Assembly (NCBI GenBank): GCA_964016885.1
Contig: OZ024744.1
Coordinates: 19,468,001-19,532,000, forward strand
Reading direction: 5' to 3'
DNA length: 64,000 nt
Source of the DNA: Eledone cirrhosa
Taxonomy: Eukaryota
Shown here: piece by piece, positions 42,211 through 56,960 of the stretch
How positions within the stretch are numbered: position 1 is the first letter of the stretch
How the letters are laid out: every line of letters starts with the position of its first letter
Translations under genes and position numbers: made by a program
The notes under the pieces: model-generated
What the model saw: only the letters and a program-made list of their open reading frames with translations
Database searches by the model: none
Told to the model about the DNA's origin: nothing

Positions 42211-45200
42211 TCCTTCCATTCGAATTAGAAGCTATGAACTTAGCAAGTGAATGATAAACAAGCAAATTATAAACGTAAACATGTAAGTATGTATTTGAAA
42301 CGGTGCGCTCGTTTGAAATTATAAATTATAAATTATAAGCTTTCACCGTATTTTAGAATAAAGAAATTTATAGCTTGATAGTGGGGTTTATAACCCTCGG
42401 AGACATGGAAAAAGATGAGTGTTGCCATACCTGGGAGTCGAACCCACATCTCTGGTTATCCAGACCATTGTGCTACCATTACACCAATACACATCCCATC
42501 TCCTTCCATTCGAATTAGAAGCTATGAACTTAGCAAGTGAATGATAAACAAACAAATTATAAACGTAAACATGTAAGCATGTATTTGAAACGGTGCGCTC
42601 GTTTGAAATTAGAAATTAGAAATTATAAGCTTTCACCGTATTTTAGAATAAAGAAATGTATAGCTTGATAGTGGGGTTTATAACCCTCGGAGAAATGGAA
42701 AAAAGATGAGTGTTGCCATACATGGGAGTCGAACCCACATATTTGGTTATCCAGACCACTGTGCTACCATTACACCAATACACGTCCCATCTCCTTCCAT
42801 TCGAATTAGAAGCTGTGAACTTAGCAAGTGAATGATAAACAAGCAAATTATAAACGCAAACATGTAAGTATGTTTTTGAAACGGTGCGCTCGTTTGAAAC
42901 TAGAAATTAGAAATTATAAGCTTTCACCGTATTTTAGACTAAAGAAATTTATAGCGTGATAGTGGGGATTATAACCCTCGGAGAAATGGAAAAAGATGAG
43001 TGTTCCTATACATGGGTGTCGAACCCACATCTTTGGTTATCCAGACCACTGTCCTACCATTAGACCAATACACATCCCATCTCCTACCATTCGAATTAGA
43101 AGCTATGAACTTAGCAGGTGAATGATAAACAAGCTAATTATAAACGTAAACATGTAAGTATGTGTTTGAAACGGTGCGCGAGTTTGAAATTAGAAATTAG
43201 AAATTATAACTTTCACAGTATTTTAGACTAAAGATATTTATAGCTTGATAGTGGGGATTATAATCCTCGGAGAAATGGAAAAAGATGAGTGTTGCCATAC
43301 CTGGGAGTCGAACACACATCTTTGGTTATCCAGACCACTGTGCTACCATTACACGAATACACATCCCATCTCCTTCCATTCGAATTAGAAGCTATGAACT
43401 TAGCAAGTGAATGATAAACAAGCAAATCATAAACGTAAACATGTAAGTATGTTTCTGAAACGGTGCGCTCGTTTGAAATTAGAAATTAGAAATTATAAGC
43501 TTTCACCGTATTTTAGAATAAAGAAATGTATAGCTTGATAGTGGGGTTTATAACCCTCGGAGAAATGGAAAAAGATGAGTGTTGCCATACATGGGAGTCG
43601 AACCCACATCTTTGGTTATCCAGACCACTGTCCTACCATTAGACCAATACACATCCCATCTCCTTCCATTCGAATTAGAAGCTATGAACTTAGCAAGTGA
43701 ATGATAAACAAACAAATTATAAACGTAAACATGTAAGTATGTATTTGAAACGGTGCGCTCGTTTGAAATTAGAAATTAGAAATTATAAGCTTTCACCGTA
43801 TTTTAGAATAAAGAAATTTATAGCTTGATAGTGGGGTTTATAACCCTCGGAGAAATGGAAAAAAGATGAGTGTTGCCATACATGGGAGTTGAACCCATAT
43901 ATTTCGTTATCCAGACCACTGTGCTACCATTACACCAATACACGTCCAATCTCCTTCCATTCGAATTAGAAGCTATGAACTTAGCAAGTGAATGATAAAC
44001 AAGCAAATTATAAACGCAAACATGTAAGTATGTTTTTGAAACGGTGCGCTCGTTTGAAACTAGAAATTAGAAATTATAAGCTTTCACCGTATTTTAGACT
44101 GAAGAAATTTATAGCGTGATAGTGGGGATTATAACCCTCGGAGAAATGGAAAAAGATGAGTGTTGCCATACATGGGAGTCGAACCCACATATTTGGTTAT
44201 CCAGACCACTGTGCTACCATTACACCAATACACATCCCATCTCCTTCCATTCGAATTAGAAACTATGAACTTAGCAAGTGAATGATAAACAAGCACATTA
44301 TAAACGTAAACATGTAAGTATGTTTTTGAAACGGTGCGCTCGTTTGAAACTAGAAATTAGAAATTATAAGCTTTCACCGTATTTTAGACTAAAGAAATTT
44401 ATAGCTTGATAGTGGGGATTATAACCCTCGGAGAAATTGAAAAAGATGAGTGTTGCCATACATGGGAGTCGAACCCACATATATTGTTATCCAGACCACT
44501 GTCCTACTATTAGACCAATACACATCCCATCTCCTTCCATTCGAATTAGAAGCTATGAACTGAGCAAGTGAATGATAGACAAGCAAATTATAAACGTAAA
44601 CATGTAAGTATCTTTTTGAAACGGTGCACGAGTTTGAAATTATAAGCTTTCACCGTATTTTAGACTAAAGAAATGTATAGCTTGATAGTGGGGTTTATAA
44701 CCCTAGGAGAAATGGAAAAAGATGAGTGTTGCCATACCTGGGAGTCGAACCCACATCTTTGGTTATCCAGACCACTCTCCTACCATTAGACCAATACACA
44801 TCCCATCTCCTTCCATTCGAATTAGAAGCTATGAACTTAGCAAGTGAATGATAAACAAGCTAATTATAAATGTAAACATGTAAGTATGTGTTTGAAACGG
44901 TGCGCTCGTTTGAAATTAGAAATTAGAAATTATAAGCTTTCACCGTATTTTAGACTAAATAAATTTATAGCTTGATAGTGGGGATTATAACCCTCGGAGA
45001 AATGGAAAAAGATGAGTGTTGCCATACATGGGAGTCGAACCCACATCTTTGGTTATCCAGACCACTGTCCTACCATTAGACCAATACACATCCCATCTCC
45101 TTCCATTCGAATTAGAAGCTATGAACTTAGCAAGTGAATGATAAACAAGCAAATTATAAACGTAAACATGTAAGTATGTTTTTGAAACGGTGCGCTCGTT

Positions 45201-48200
45201 TGAAATTAGAAATTAGAAATTATAAGCTTTCACCGTATGTTAGACTAAAGATATTTATAGCTTGATAGTTGGGTTTATAACCCTCGGAGAAATGGAAAAA
45301 GATGAGTGTTGCCATACATGGGAGTCCAACCCACATATTTGGTTATCCAGACCACTGTGCTACCATTACACTAATACACATCCCATTCCCTTCCATTCGA
45401 AATAGAAGCTACGAACTTAGCAAGTGAATGATAAAGAAGCAAATTATAAACGTAAACATGTAAGTATGTTTTTGAAACGGTGCACGAGTTTGAAATTATA
45501 AGCTTTCACCGTATTTTAGACTAAAGAAATGTATAGCTTGATAGTGGGGTTTATAACCCTAGGAGAAATGGAAAAAGATGAGTGTTGCCATACCTGGGAG
45601 TCTAACCTACATCTCTGGTTATCCAGACCACTGTCCTACCATTAGACCAATACACATCCCATCTCCTTCCATTCGAATTAGAAGCTATGAACTTAGCAAG
45701 TGAATGATAAACAAGCAAATTATAAACGTAAACATGTAAGTATGTTTTTGAAAATGTGCGCTCGTTTGAAATTAGAAATTAGAAATTATAAGCTTTCACC
45801 GGATTTTAGACTAAAGAAATGTATAGCTTGATAGTGGGGTTTATAACCCAAGGAGAAATGGAAAAAGATGACTGTTGCCATACCCGGGAGTCGAACCCAC
45901 ATATTTTGTTATCCAGACCATTGTGCTACCATTACACCAATACACATCCCATCTCCTTCCATTCGAATTAGAAGCTATGAAATTAGCAAGTGAATGATAA
46001 ACAAACAAATTATGAACGTAAACATGTAAGTATGTATTTGAAACGGTGCGCTCGTTTGAAATTAGAAATTAGAAATTATAAGCTTTCACCGTATTTTAGA
46101 ATAAAGAAATTTATAGCTTGATAGTGGGGTTTATAACCCTCGGAGAAATGGAAAAAAGATGAGTGTTGCCATACATGGGAGTCGAACCCACATATTTGGT
46201 TATCCAGACCATTGTGCTACCATTACACCAATACACGTCCCATCTCCTTCCATTCGAATTAGAAGCTATGAACTTAGAAAGTGAATGATAAACAAGCAAA
46301 TTATAAACGCAAACATGTAAGTATGTTTTTGAAACTGTGCGCTCGTTTGAAACTAGAAATTGGAAATTATAAGCTTTCACCGTATTTTAGACTAAAGAAA
46401 TTTATAGCGTGATAGTGGGGATTATAACCCTCGGAGAAATGGAAAAAGATGAGTGTTGCCATACATGGGAGTCGAACCCACATCTTTGGTTATCCAGACC
46501 ACTGTCCTACCATTAGACCAATACACATCCCATCTCCTCCCATTCGAATTAGAAGCTATGAACTTAGCAAGTGAATGATAAACAAGCTAATTTTAAACGT
46601 AAACATGTAAGTATGTGTTTGAAACGGTGCGCGAGTTTGAAATTAGGAATTAGAAATTATAAGCTTTCACCGTATGTTAGACTAAAGATATTTATAGCTT
46701 GATAGTGGGGATTATAATCCTCGGAGAAATGGAAAAAGATGAGTGTTGCCATACCTGGGAGTCGAACCCACATCTCTGGTTATCCAGACCACTGTGCTAC
46801 CATTAGACCAATACACATCCCATCTCCTTCCATTCGAATTAGAAGCTATGAACTTAGCAAGTGAATGATAAACAAGCAAATTATAAACGTAAACATGTAA
46901 GTATGTTTTTGAAACGGTGCGCTCGTTTGAAATTAGAAATTAGAAATTATAAGCTTTCACCGTATTTTAGACTAAAGAAATGTATAGCTTGATAGTGGGG
47001 TTTATAACCCAAGGAGAAATGGAAAAAGATGAGTGTTGCCATACCTGGGAGTCGAACCCACATATTTTGTTATCCAGACCATTGTGCTACCATTACACCA
47101 ATACACATCCCATCTCCTTCCATTCGAATTAGAAGCTATGAACTTAGCAAGTGAATGATAAACAAACAAATTATAAACGTAAACATGTAAGTATGTATTT
47201 GAAACGGTGCGCTCGTTTGAAATTAGAAATTATAAATTATAAGCTTTCACCGTATTTTAGAATAAAGAAATTTATAGCTTGATAGTGGGGTTTATAACCC
47301 TCGGAGAAATGGAAAAAATATGAGTGTTGCCATACATGGGAGTCGAACCCACATATTTGGTTATCCAGAGCACTGTGCTACCATTACACCAATACACGTC
47401 CCATCTCCTTCCATTCGAATTAGAAACTATGAACTTAGCAAGTGAATGATAAACAAGCACATTATAAACGTAAACATGTAAGTATGTTTTTGAAACGGTG
47501 CGCGAGTTTGAAATTAGAAATTAGAAATTATAAGCTTTCACCGTATTTTAGACTAAAGAAATTTATAGCTTGATAGTGGGGATTATAACCCTCGCAGAAA
47601 TGGAAAAAGATGAGTGTTGCCATACATGGGAGTCGAACCCACATCTTTGGTTATCCAGACCACTGTCCTACCATTAGACCAATACACATCCCATCTCCTT
47701 CCATTCGAATTAGAAGCTATGAACTTAGCAAGTGAATGATAAACAAGCAAATTATAAACGTAAACATGTAAGTATGTATTTGAAACGGTGCGCTCGTTTG
47801 AAATTATAAATTATAAATTATAAGCTTTCACCGTATTTTAGAATAAAGAAATTTATAGCTTGATAGTGGGGTTTATAACCCTCGGAGACATGGAAAAAGA
47901 TGAGTGTTGCCATACCTGGGAGTCGAACCCACATCTCTGGTTATCCAGACCATTGTGCTACCATTACACCAATACACATCCCATCTCCTTCCATTCGAAT
48001 TAGAAGCTATGAACTTAGCAAGTGAATGATAAACAAACAAATTATAAACGTAAACATGTAAGCATGTATTTGAAACGGTGCGCTCGTTTGAAATTAGAAA
48101 TTAGAAATTATAAGCTTTCACCGTATTTTAGAATAAAGAAATGTATAGCTTGATAGTGGGGTTTATAACCCTCGGAGAAATGGAAAAAAGATGAGTGTTG

Positions 48201-48720
48201 CCATACATGGGAGTCGAACCCACATATTTGGTTATCCAGACCACTGTGCTACCATTACACCAATACACGTCCCATCTCCTTCCATTCGAATTAGAAGCTG
48301 TGAACTTAGCAAGTGAATGATAAACAAGCAAATTATAAACGCAAACATGTAAGTATGTTTTTGAAACGGTGCGCTCGTTTGAAACTAGAAATTAGAAATT
48401 ATAAGCTTTCACCGTATTTTAGACTAAAGAAATTTATAGCGTGATAGTGGGGATTATAACCCTCGGAGAAATGGAAAAAGATGAGTGTTCCTATACATGG
48501 GTGTCGAACCCACATCTTTAGTTATCCAGACCACTGTCCTACCATTAGACCAATACACATCCCATCTCCTACCATTCGAATTAGAAGCTATGAACTTAGC
48601 AAGTGAATGATAAACAAGCTAATTATAAACGTAAACATGTAAGTATGTGTTTGAAACGGTGCGCGAGTTTGAAATTAGAAATTAGAAATTATAACTTTCA
48701 CAGTATTTTAGACTAAAGAA
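41150..48720. repeat. About 19-monomer rearranged higher-order repeat (offset 5485 bp) related to the 14-mer
   Basis: 41787->47272 and 42643->48128 are each 5485. TGTTCCTATACATGGGTG occurs at about 43001/48486. Confidence 0.75.
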
Positions 48721-51700
48721 ATGTATAGCTTGATAGTGGGGATTATAACCCTCGGAGAAATGGAAAAAGATGAGTGTTGCCATACATGGGAGTCGAACCC
48801 ACATCTTTGGCTATCCAGACCACTGTCCTACCATTAGACCAATACACATCCCATCTCCTTCCATTCGAATTAGAAGCTATGAACTTAGCAAGTGAATGAT
48901 AAACTAGCAAATTATAAACGTAAACATGTAAGTATGTTTTTGAAACGGTGCGCTCGTTTGAAATTAGAAATTAGAAATTATAAGCTGTCACCGTATGTTA
49001 GACTAAAGATATTTATAGCTTGATAGTGGGGATTATAATCCTCGGAGAAATGGAAAAAGATGAGTGTTGCCATACCTGGGAGTCGAACACACATCTTTGG
49101 TTATCCAGACCACTGTGCTACCATTACACGAATACACATCCCATCTCCTTCCATTCGAATTAGAAGCTATGAACTTAGCAAGTGAATGATAAACAAGCAA
49201 ATCATAAACGTAAACATGTAAGTATGTATTTGAAACGGTGCGCTCGTTTGAAATTAGAAATTAGAAATTATAAGCTTTCACCTTATTTTAGACTAAAGAA
49301 ATGTATAGCTTGATAGTGGGGTTTATAACCCTAGGAGAAATGGAAAAAGATGAGTGTTGCCATACCTGGGAGTCGAACCCACATCTCTGGTTATCCAGAC
49401 CACTGTCCTACCATTAGAGCAATACACATCCCATCTCCTTCCATTCGAATTAGAAGCTATGAACTTAGCAAGTGAATGATAAACAAGCAAATTATAAACG
49501 TAAACATGTAAGTATGTTTTTGAAACGGTGCGCTCGTTTGAAATTAGAAATTAGAAATTATAAGCTTTCACCGGATTTTAGACTAAAGAAATGTATAGCT
49601 TGATAGTGGGGTTTATAACGCAAGGAGAAATGGAAAAAGATGAGTGTTGCCATACCTGGGAGTCGAACCCACATATTTTGTTATCCAGACCATTGTGCTA
49701 CCATTACACCAATACACATCCCATCTCCTTCCATTCGAATTAGAAGCTATGAACTTAGCAAGTGAATGATAAACAAACAAATTATAAACGTAAACATGTA
49801 AGTATGTATTTGAAACGGTGCGCTCGTTTGAAATTAGAAATTAGAAATTATAAGCTTTCACCGTATTTTAGAATAAAGAAATTTATAGCTTGATAGTGGG
49901 GTTTATAACCCTCGGAGAAATGGAAAAAAGATGAGTGTTGCCATACATGGGAGTCGAACCCACATATTTGGTTATCCAGACCACTGTGCTACCATTACAC
50001 CAATACACGTCCCATCTCCTTCCATTCGAATTAGAAGCTATGAACTTAGCAAGTGAATGATAAACAAGCACATTATAAACGTAAACATGTAAGTATGTTT
50101 TTGAAACGGTGCGCGAGTTTGAAATTAGAAATTAGAAATTATAAGCTTTCACCGGATTTTAGACTAAAGAAATGTATAGCTTGATAGTGGGGTTTATAAC
50201 CCTAGGAGAAATGGAAAAAGATGAGTGTTGCCACACCTGGGAGTCGAACCCACATCTTTGGTTATCCAGACCACTCTCCTACCATTAGACCAATACACAT
50301 CCCATCTCCTTCCATTCGAATTAGAAGCTATGAACTTAGCAAGTGAATGATAAACAAGCTAATTATAAATGTAAACATGTAAGTATGTGTTTGAAACGGT
50401 GCGCTCGTTTGAAATTAGAAATTAGAAATTATAAGCTTTCACCGTATTTTAGACTAAATAAATTTATAGCTTGATAGTGGGGATTATAACCCTCGGAGAA
50501 ATGGAAAAAGATGAGTGTTGCCATACATGGGAGTCGAACCCACATCTTTGGTTATCCAGACCACTGTCCTACCATTAGACCAATACACATCCCATCTCCT
50601 TCCATTCGAAATAGAAGCTACGAACTTAGCAAGTGAATGATAAAGAAGCAAATTATAAACGTAAACATGTAAGTATGTTTTTGAAACGGTGCACGAGTTT
50701 GAAATTATAAGCTTTCACCGTATTTTAGACTAAAGAAATGTATAGCTTGATAGTGGGGTTTATAACCCAAGGAGAAATGGAAAAAGATGAGTGTTGCCAT
50801 ACCCGGGAGTCGAACCCACATATTTTGTTATCCAGACCATTGTGCTACCATTACACCAATACACATCCCATCTCCTTCCATTCGAATTAGAAGCTATGAA
50901 ATTAGCAAGTGAATGATAAACAAACAAATTATAAACGTAAACATGTAAGTATGTATTTGAAACGGTGCGCTCGTTTGAAATTAGAAATTAGAAATTATAA
51001 GCTTTCACCGTATTTTAGAATAAAGAAATTTATAGCTTGATAGTGGGGTTTATAACCCTCGGAGAAATGGAAAAAAGATGAGTGTTGCCATACATGGGAG
51101 TCGAACCCACATATTTGGTTATCCAGACCACTGTGCTACCATTACACCAATACACGTCCCATCTCCTTCCATTCGAATTAGAAGCTATGAACTTAGAAAG
51201 TGAATGATAAACAAGCAAATTATAAACGCAAACATGTAAGTATGTTTTTGTAACTGTGCGCTCGTTTGAAACTAGAAATTGGAAATTATAAGCTTTCACC
51301 GTATTTTAGACTAAAGAAATTTATAGCGTGATAGTGGGGATTATAACCCTCGGAGAAATGGAAAAAGATGAGTGTTGCCATACATGGGAGTCGAACCCAC
51401 ATCTTTGGTTATCCAGACCACTGTCCTACCATTAGACCAATACACATCCCATCTCCTCCCATTCGAATTAGAAGCTATGAACTTAGCAAGTGAATGATAA
51501 ACAAGCTAATTTTAAACGTAAACATGTAAGTATGTGTTTGAAACGGTGCGCGAGTTTGAAATTAGGAATTAGAAATTATAAGCTTTCACCGTATTTTAGA
51601 CTAAAGAAATTTATAGCTTGATAGTGGGGATTATAACCCTCGGAGAAATGGAAAAAGATGAGTGTTGCCATACATGGGAGTCGAACCCACATCTTTGGTT

Positions 51701-54700
51701 ATCCAGACCACTGTCCTACCATTAGACCAATACACATCCCATCTCCTTCCATTCGAATTAGAAGCTATGAACTTAGCAAGTGAATGATAAACAAGCAAAT
51801 TATAAACGTAAACATGTGAGTATGTTTTTGAAACGGTGCGCTCGTTTGAAATTAGAAATTAGAAATTATACGCTTTCACCGTATGTTAGACTAAAGATAT
51901 TTATAGCTTGATAGTGGGGATTATAATCCTCGGAGAAATGGAAAAAGATGAGTGTTGCCATACCTGGGAGTCGAACCCACATCTCTGGTTATCCAGACCA
52001 CTGTGCTACCATTAGACCAATACACATCCCATCTCCTTCCATTCGAATTAGAAGCTATGAACTTAGCAAGTGAATGATAAACAAGAAAATTATAAACGTA
52101 AACATGTAAGTATGTTTTTGAAACGGTGCGCTCGTTTGAAATTAGAAATTAGAAATTATAAGCTTTCACCGTATTTTAGACTAAAGAAATGTATAGCTTG
52201 ATAGTGGGGTTTATAACCCAAGGAGAAATGGAAAAAGATGAGTGGTGCCATACCTGGGAGTCGAACCCACATATTTTGTTATCCAGACCATTGTGCTACC
52301 ATTACACCAATACACATCCCATCTCCTTCCATTCGAATTAGAAGCTATGAACTTAGCAAGTGAATGATAAACAAACAAATTATAAACGTAAACATGTAAG
52401 TATGTATTTGAAACGGTGCGCTCGTTTGAAATTAGAAATTATAAATTATAAGCTTTCACCGTATTTTAGAATAAAGAAATTTATAGCTTGATAGTGGGGT
52501 TTATAACCCTCGGAGAAATGGAAAAAATATGAGTGTTGCCATACATGGGAGTCGAACCCACATATTTGGTTATCCAGAGCACTGTGCTACCATTACACCA
52601 ATACACGTCCCATCTCCTTCCATTCGAATTAGAAGCTATGAACTTAGCAAGTGAATGATAAACAAGCACATTATAAACGTAAACATGTAAGTATGTTTTT
52701 GAAACGGTGCGCGAGTTTGAAATTAGAAATTAGAAATTATAAGCTTTCACCGTATTTTAGACTAAAGAAATTTATAGCTTGATAGTGGGGATTATAACCC
52801 TCGCAGAAATGGAAAAAGATGAGTGTTGCCATACATGGGAGTCGAACCCACATCTTTGGTTATCCAGACCACTGTCCTACCATTAGACCAATACACATCC
52901 CATCTCCTTCCATTCGAATTAGAAGCTATGAACTTAGCAAGTGAATGATAAACAAGCAAATTATAAACGTAAACATGTAAGTATGTATTTGAAACGGTGC
53001 GCTCGTTTGAAATTAGAAATTATAAATTATAAGCTTTCACCGTATTTTAGAATAAAGAAATTTATAGCTTGATAGTGGGGTTTATAACCCTCGGAGACAT
53101 GGAAAAAGATGAGTGTTGCCATACCTGGGAGTTGAACCCACATCTCTGGTTATCCAGACCACTGTCCTACCATTAGACCAATACACATCCCATCTCCTTC
53201 TATTCGAATTAGAAGCTATGAACTTAGCAAGTGAATGATAAACAAGCAAATTATAAACGTAAACATGTAAGTATGTTTTTGAAACGGTGCGCTCGTTTGA
53301 AATTAGAAATTAGAAATTATAAGCTTTCACCGGATTTTAGACTAAAGAAATGTATAGCTTGATAGTGGGGTTTATAACCCAAGGAGAAATGGAAAAAGAT
53401 GAGTGTTGCCATACCTGGGAGTCGAACCTACATATATTGTTATCCAGACCATTGTGCTACCATTACACCAATACACATCCCATCTCCTTCCATTCGAATT
53501 AGAAGCTATGAACTTAGCAAGTGAATGATAAACAAACAAATTATAAACGTAAACATGTAAGCATGTATTTGAAACGGTGCGCTCGTTTGAAATTAGAAAT
53601 TAGAAATTATAAGCTTTCACCGTATTTTAGAATAAAGAAATGTATAGCTTGATAGTGGGGTTTATAACCCTCGGAGAAATGGAAAAAAGATGAGTGTTGC
53701 CATACATGGGAGTCGAACCCACATATTTGGTTATCCAGACCACTGTGCTACCATTACACCAATACACGTCCCATCTCCTTCCATTCGAATTAGAAGCTAT
53801 GAACTTAGCAAGTGAATGATAAACAAGCTAATTATAAACGTAAACATGTAAGTATGTGTTTGAAACGGTGCGCGAGTTTGAAATTAGAAATTAGAAATTA
53901 TAACTTTCACAGTATTTTAGACTAAAGAAATTTATAGCTTGATAGTGGGGATTATAACCCTCGGAGAAATGGAAAAAGATGAGTGTTGCCATACATGGGA
54001 GTCGAACCCACATCTTTGGCTATCCAGACCACTGTCCTACCATTAGACCAATACACATCCCATCTCCTTCCATTCGAATTAGAAGCTATGAACTTAGCAA
54101 GTGAATGATAAACTAGCAAATTATAAACGTAAACATGTAAGTATGTTTTTGAAACGGTGCGCTCGTTTGAAATTAGAAATTAGAAATTATAAGCTGTCAC
54201 CGTATGTTAGACTAAAGATATTTATAGCTTGATAGTGGGGATTATAATCCTCGAGAAATGGAAAAAGATGAGTGTTGCCATACCTGGGAGTCGAACACAC
54301 ATCTTTGGTTATCCAGACCACTGTGCTACCATTACACGAATACACATCCCATCTCCTTCCATTCGAATTAGAAGCTATGAACTTAGCAAGTGAATGATAA
54401 ACGAGCAAATTATAAACGTAAACATGTTAGTATGTTTTTGAAACGGTGCTCGAGTTTGAAATTAGAAATTAGAAATTATAAGCTTTCACCTTATTTTAGA
54501 CTAAAGAAATGTATAGCTTGATAGTGGGGTTTATAACCCTAGGAGAAATGGAAAAAGATGAGTGTTTCCATACCTGGGAGTCGAACCCACATCTCTGGTT
54601 ATCCAGACCACTGTCCTACCATTAGATCAATACACATCCCATCTCCTTCCATTCGAATTAGAAGCTATGAACTTAGCAAGTGAATGATAAACAAGCAAAT

Positions 54701-56889
54701 TATAAACGTAAACATGTAAGTATGTTTTTGAAACGGTGCGCTCGTTTGAAATTAGAAATTAGAAATTATAAGCTTTCACCGGATTTTAGACTAAAGAAAT
54801 GTATAGCTTGATAGTGGGGTTTATAACCCAAGGAGAAATGGAAAAAGATGAGTGTTGCCATACCTGGGAGTCGAACCCACATATTTTGTTATCCAGACCA
54901 TTGTGCTACCATTACACCAATACACATCCCATCTCCTTCCATTCGAATTAGAAGCTATGAACTTAGCAAGTGAATGATAAACAAACAAATTATAAACGTA
55001 AACATGTAAGTATGTATTTGAAACGGTGCGCTCGTTTGAAATTAGAAATTAGAAATTATAAGCTTTCACCGTATTTTAGAATAAAGAAATTTATAGCTTG
55101 ATAGTGGGGTTTATAACCCTCGGAGAAATGGAAAAAAGATGAGTGTTGCCATACATGGGAGTCGAACCCACATATTTGGTTATCCAGACCACTGTGCTAC
55201 CATTACACCAATACACGTCCCATCTCCTTCCATTCGAATTAGAAGCTATGAACTTAGCAAGTGAATGATAAACAAGCTCATTATAAACGTAAACATGTAA
55301 GTATGTTTTTGAAACGGTGCGCTCGTTTGAAATTAGAAATTAGAAATTATAAGCTTTCACCGGATTTTAGACTAAAGAAATGTATAGCTTGATAGTGGGG
55401 TTTATAACCCAAGGAGAAATAGAAAAATATGAGTGTTGCCATACCTGGGAGTCGAACCCACATATTTTGTTATCCAGACCATTGTGCTACCATTACACCA
55501 ATACACATCCCATCTCCTTCCATTCGAATTAGAAGCTATGAACTTAGCAAGTGAATGATAAACAAGCAAATCATAAACGTAAACATGTAAGTATGTATTT
55601 GAAACGGTGCGCTCGTTTGAAATTAAAAATTAGAAATTATAAGCTCTCACCGTATTTTAGAATAAAGAAATTTATAGCTTGATAGTGGGGTTTATAACCC
55701 TCGGAGAAATGGAAAAAAGATGAGTGTTGCCATACATGGGAGTCGAACCCACATATTTGGTTATCCAGACCACTGTGCTACCATTACACCAATACACATC
55801 CCATCTTCTTCCATTCGAATTAGAAGCTATGAACTTAGCAAGTGAATGATAAACAAGCAAATTATAAACGTAAACATGTAAGTATGTTTTTGAAACGGTG
55901 CGCGAGTTTGAAATTAGAAATTAGAAATTATAAGCTTTCACCGGATTTTAGACTAAAGAAATGTATAGCTTGATAGTGGGGTTTATAACCCTAGGAGAAA
56001 TGGAAAAAGATGAGTGTTGCCATACCTGGGAGTCGAACCCACATCTTTGGTTATCCAGACCACTGTCCTACCATTAGACCAATACACATCCCATCTCCTT
56101 CCATTCGAATTAGAAGCTATGAACTTAGCAAGTGAATGATAAACAAACAAATTATAAACGTAAACATGTAAGTATGTATTTGAAACGGTGCGCTCGTTTG
56201 AAATTAGAAATTAGAAATTATAAGCTTTCACCGTATTTTAGAATAAAGAAATTTATAGCTTGATAGTGGGGTTTATAACCCTCGGAGAAATGGAAAAAAG
56301 ATGAGTGTTGCCATACATGGGAGTTGAACCCATATATTTGGTTATCCAGACCACTGTGCTACCATTACACCAATACACGTCCCATCTCCTTCCATTCGAA
56401 TTAGAAGCTATGAACTTAGCAAGTGAATGATAAACAAGCAAATTATAAACGCAAACATGTAAGTATGTATTTGAAACGGTGCGCTCGTTTGAAATTAAAA
56501 ATTAGAAATTATAAGCTCTCACCGTATTTTAGAATAAAGAAATGTATAGCTTGATAGTGGGGTTTATAACCCTCGGAGAAATGGAAAAAAGATGAGTGTT
56601 GCCATACATGGGAGTCGAACCCACATATTTGGTTATCCAGACCACTGTGCTACCATTACACCAATACACATCCCATCTCCTTCCATTCGAATTAGAAGCT
56701 ATGAACTTAGCAAGTGAATGATAAACAAGCAAATTATAAACGTAAACATGTAAGTATGTTTTTGAAACGGTGCGCTCGTTTGAAACTAGAAATTAGAAAT
56801 TATAAGCTTTCACCGTATTTTAGACTGAAGAAATTTATAGCGTGATAGTGGGGATTATAACCCTCGGAGAAATGGAAAAAGATGAGTGT

Positions 56890-56960
56890 TGCCATACATG
56901 GGAGTCGAACCCACATATTTGGTTATCCAGACCACTGTGCTACCATTACACCAATACACA
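56890..56960 (-). tRNA. Representative consensus tRNA-like copy, G12-C23 allele; nominal anticodon GGA in a short-variable-loop body; probably not a translational tRNA
   Basis: D stem GTGT/GCAC, anticodon stem TGGT/ACCA, T stem GTGGG/CCCAT and T loop TTCGACT. The acceptor stem TGTGTAT/GTATGGC is weak, and U37 is atypical. Confidence 0.55.
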
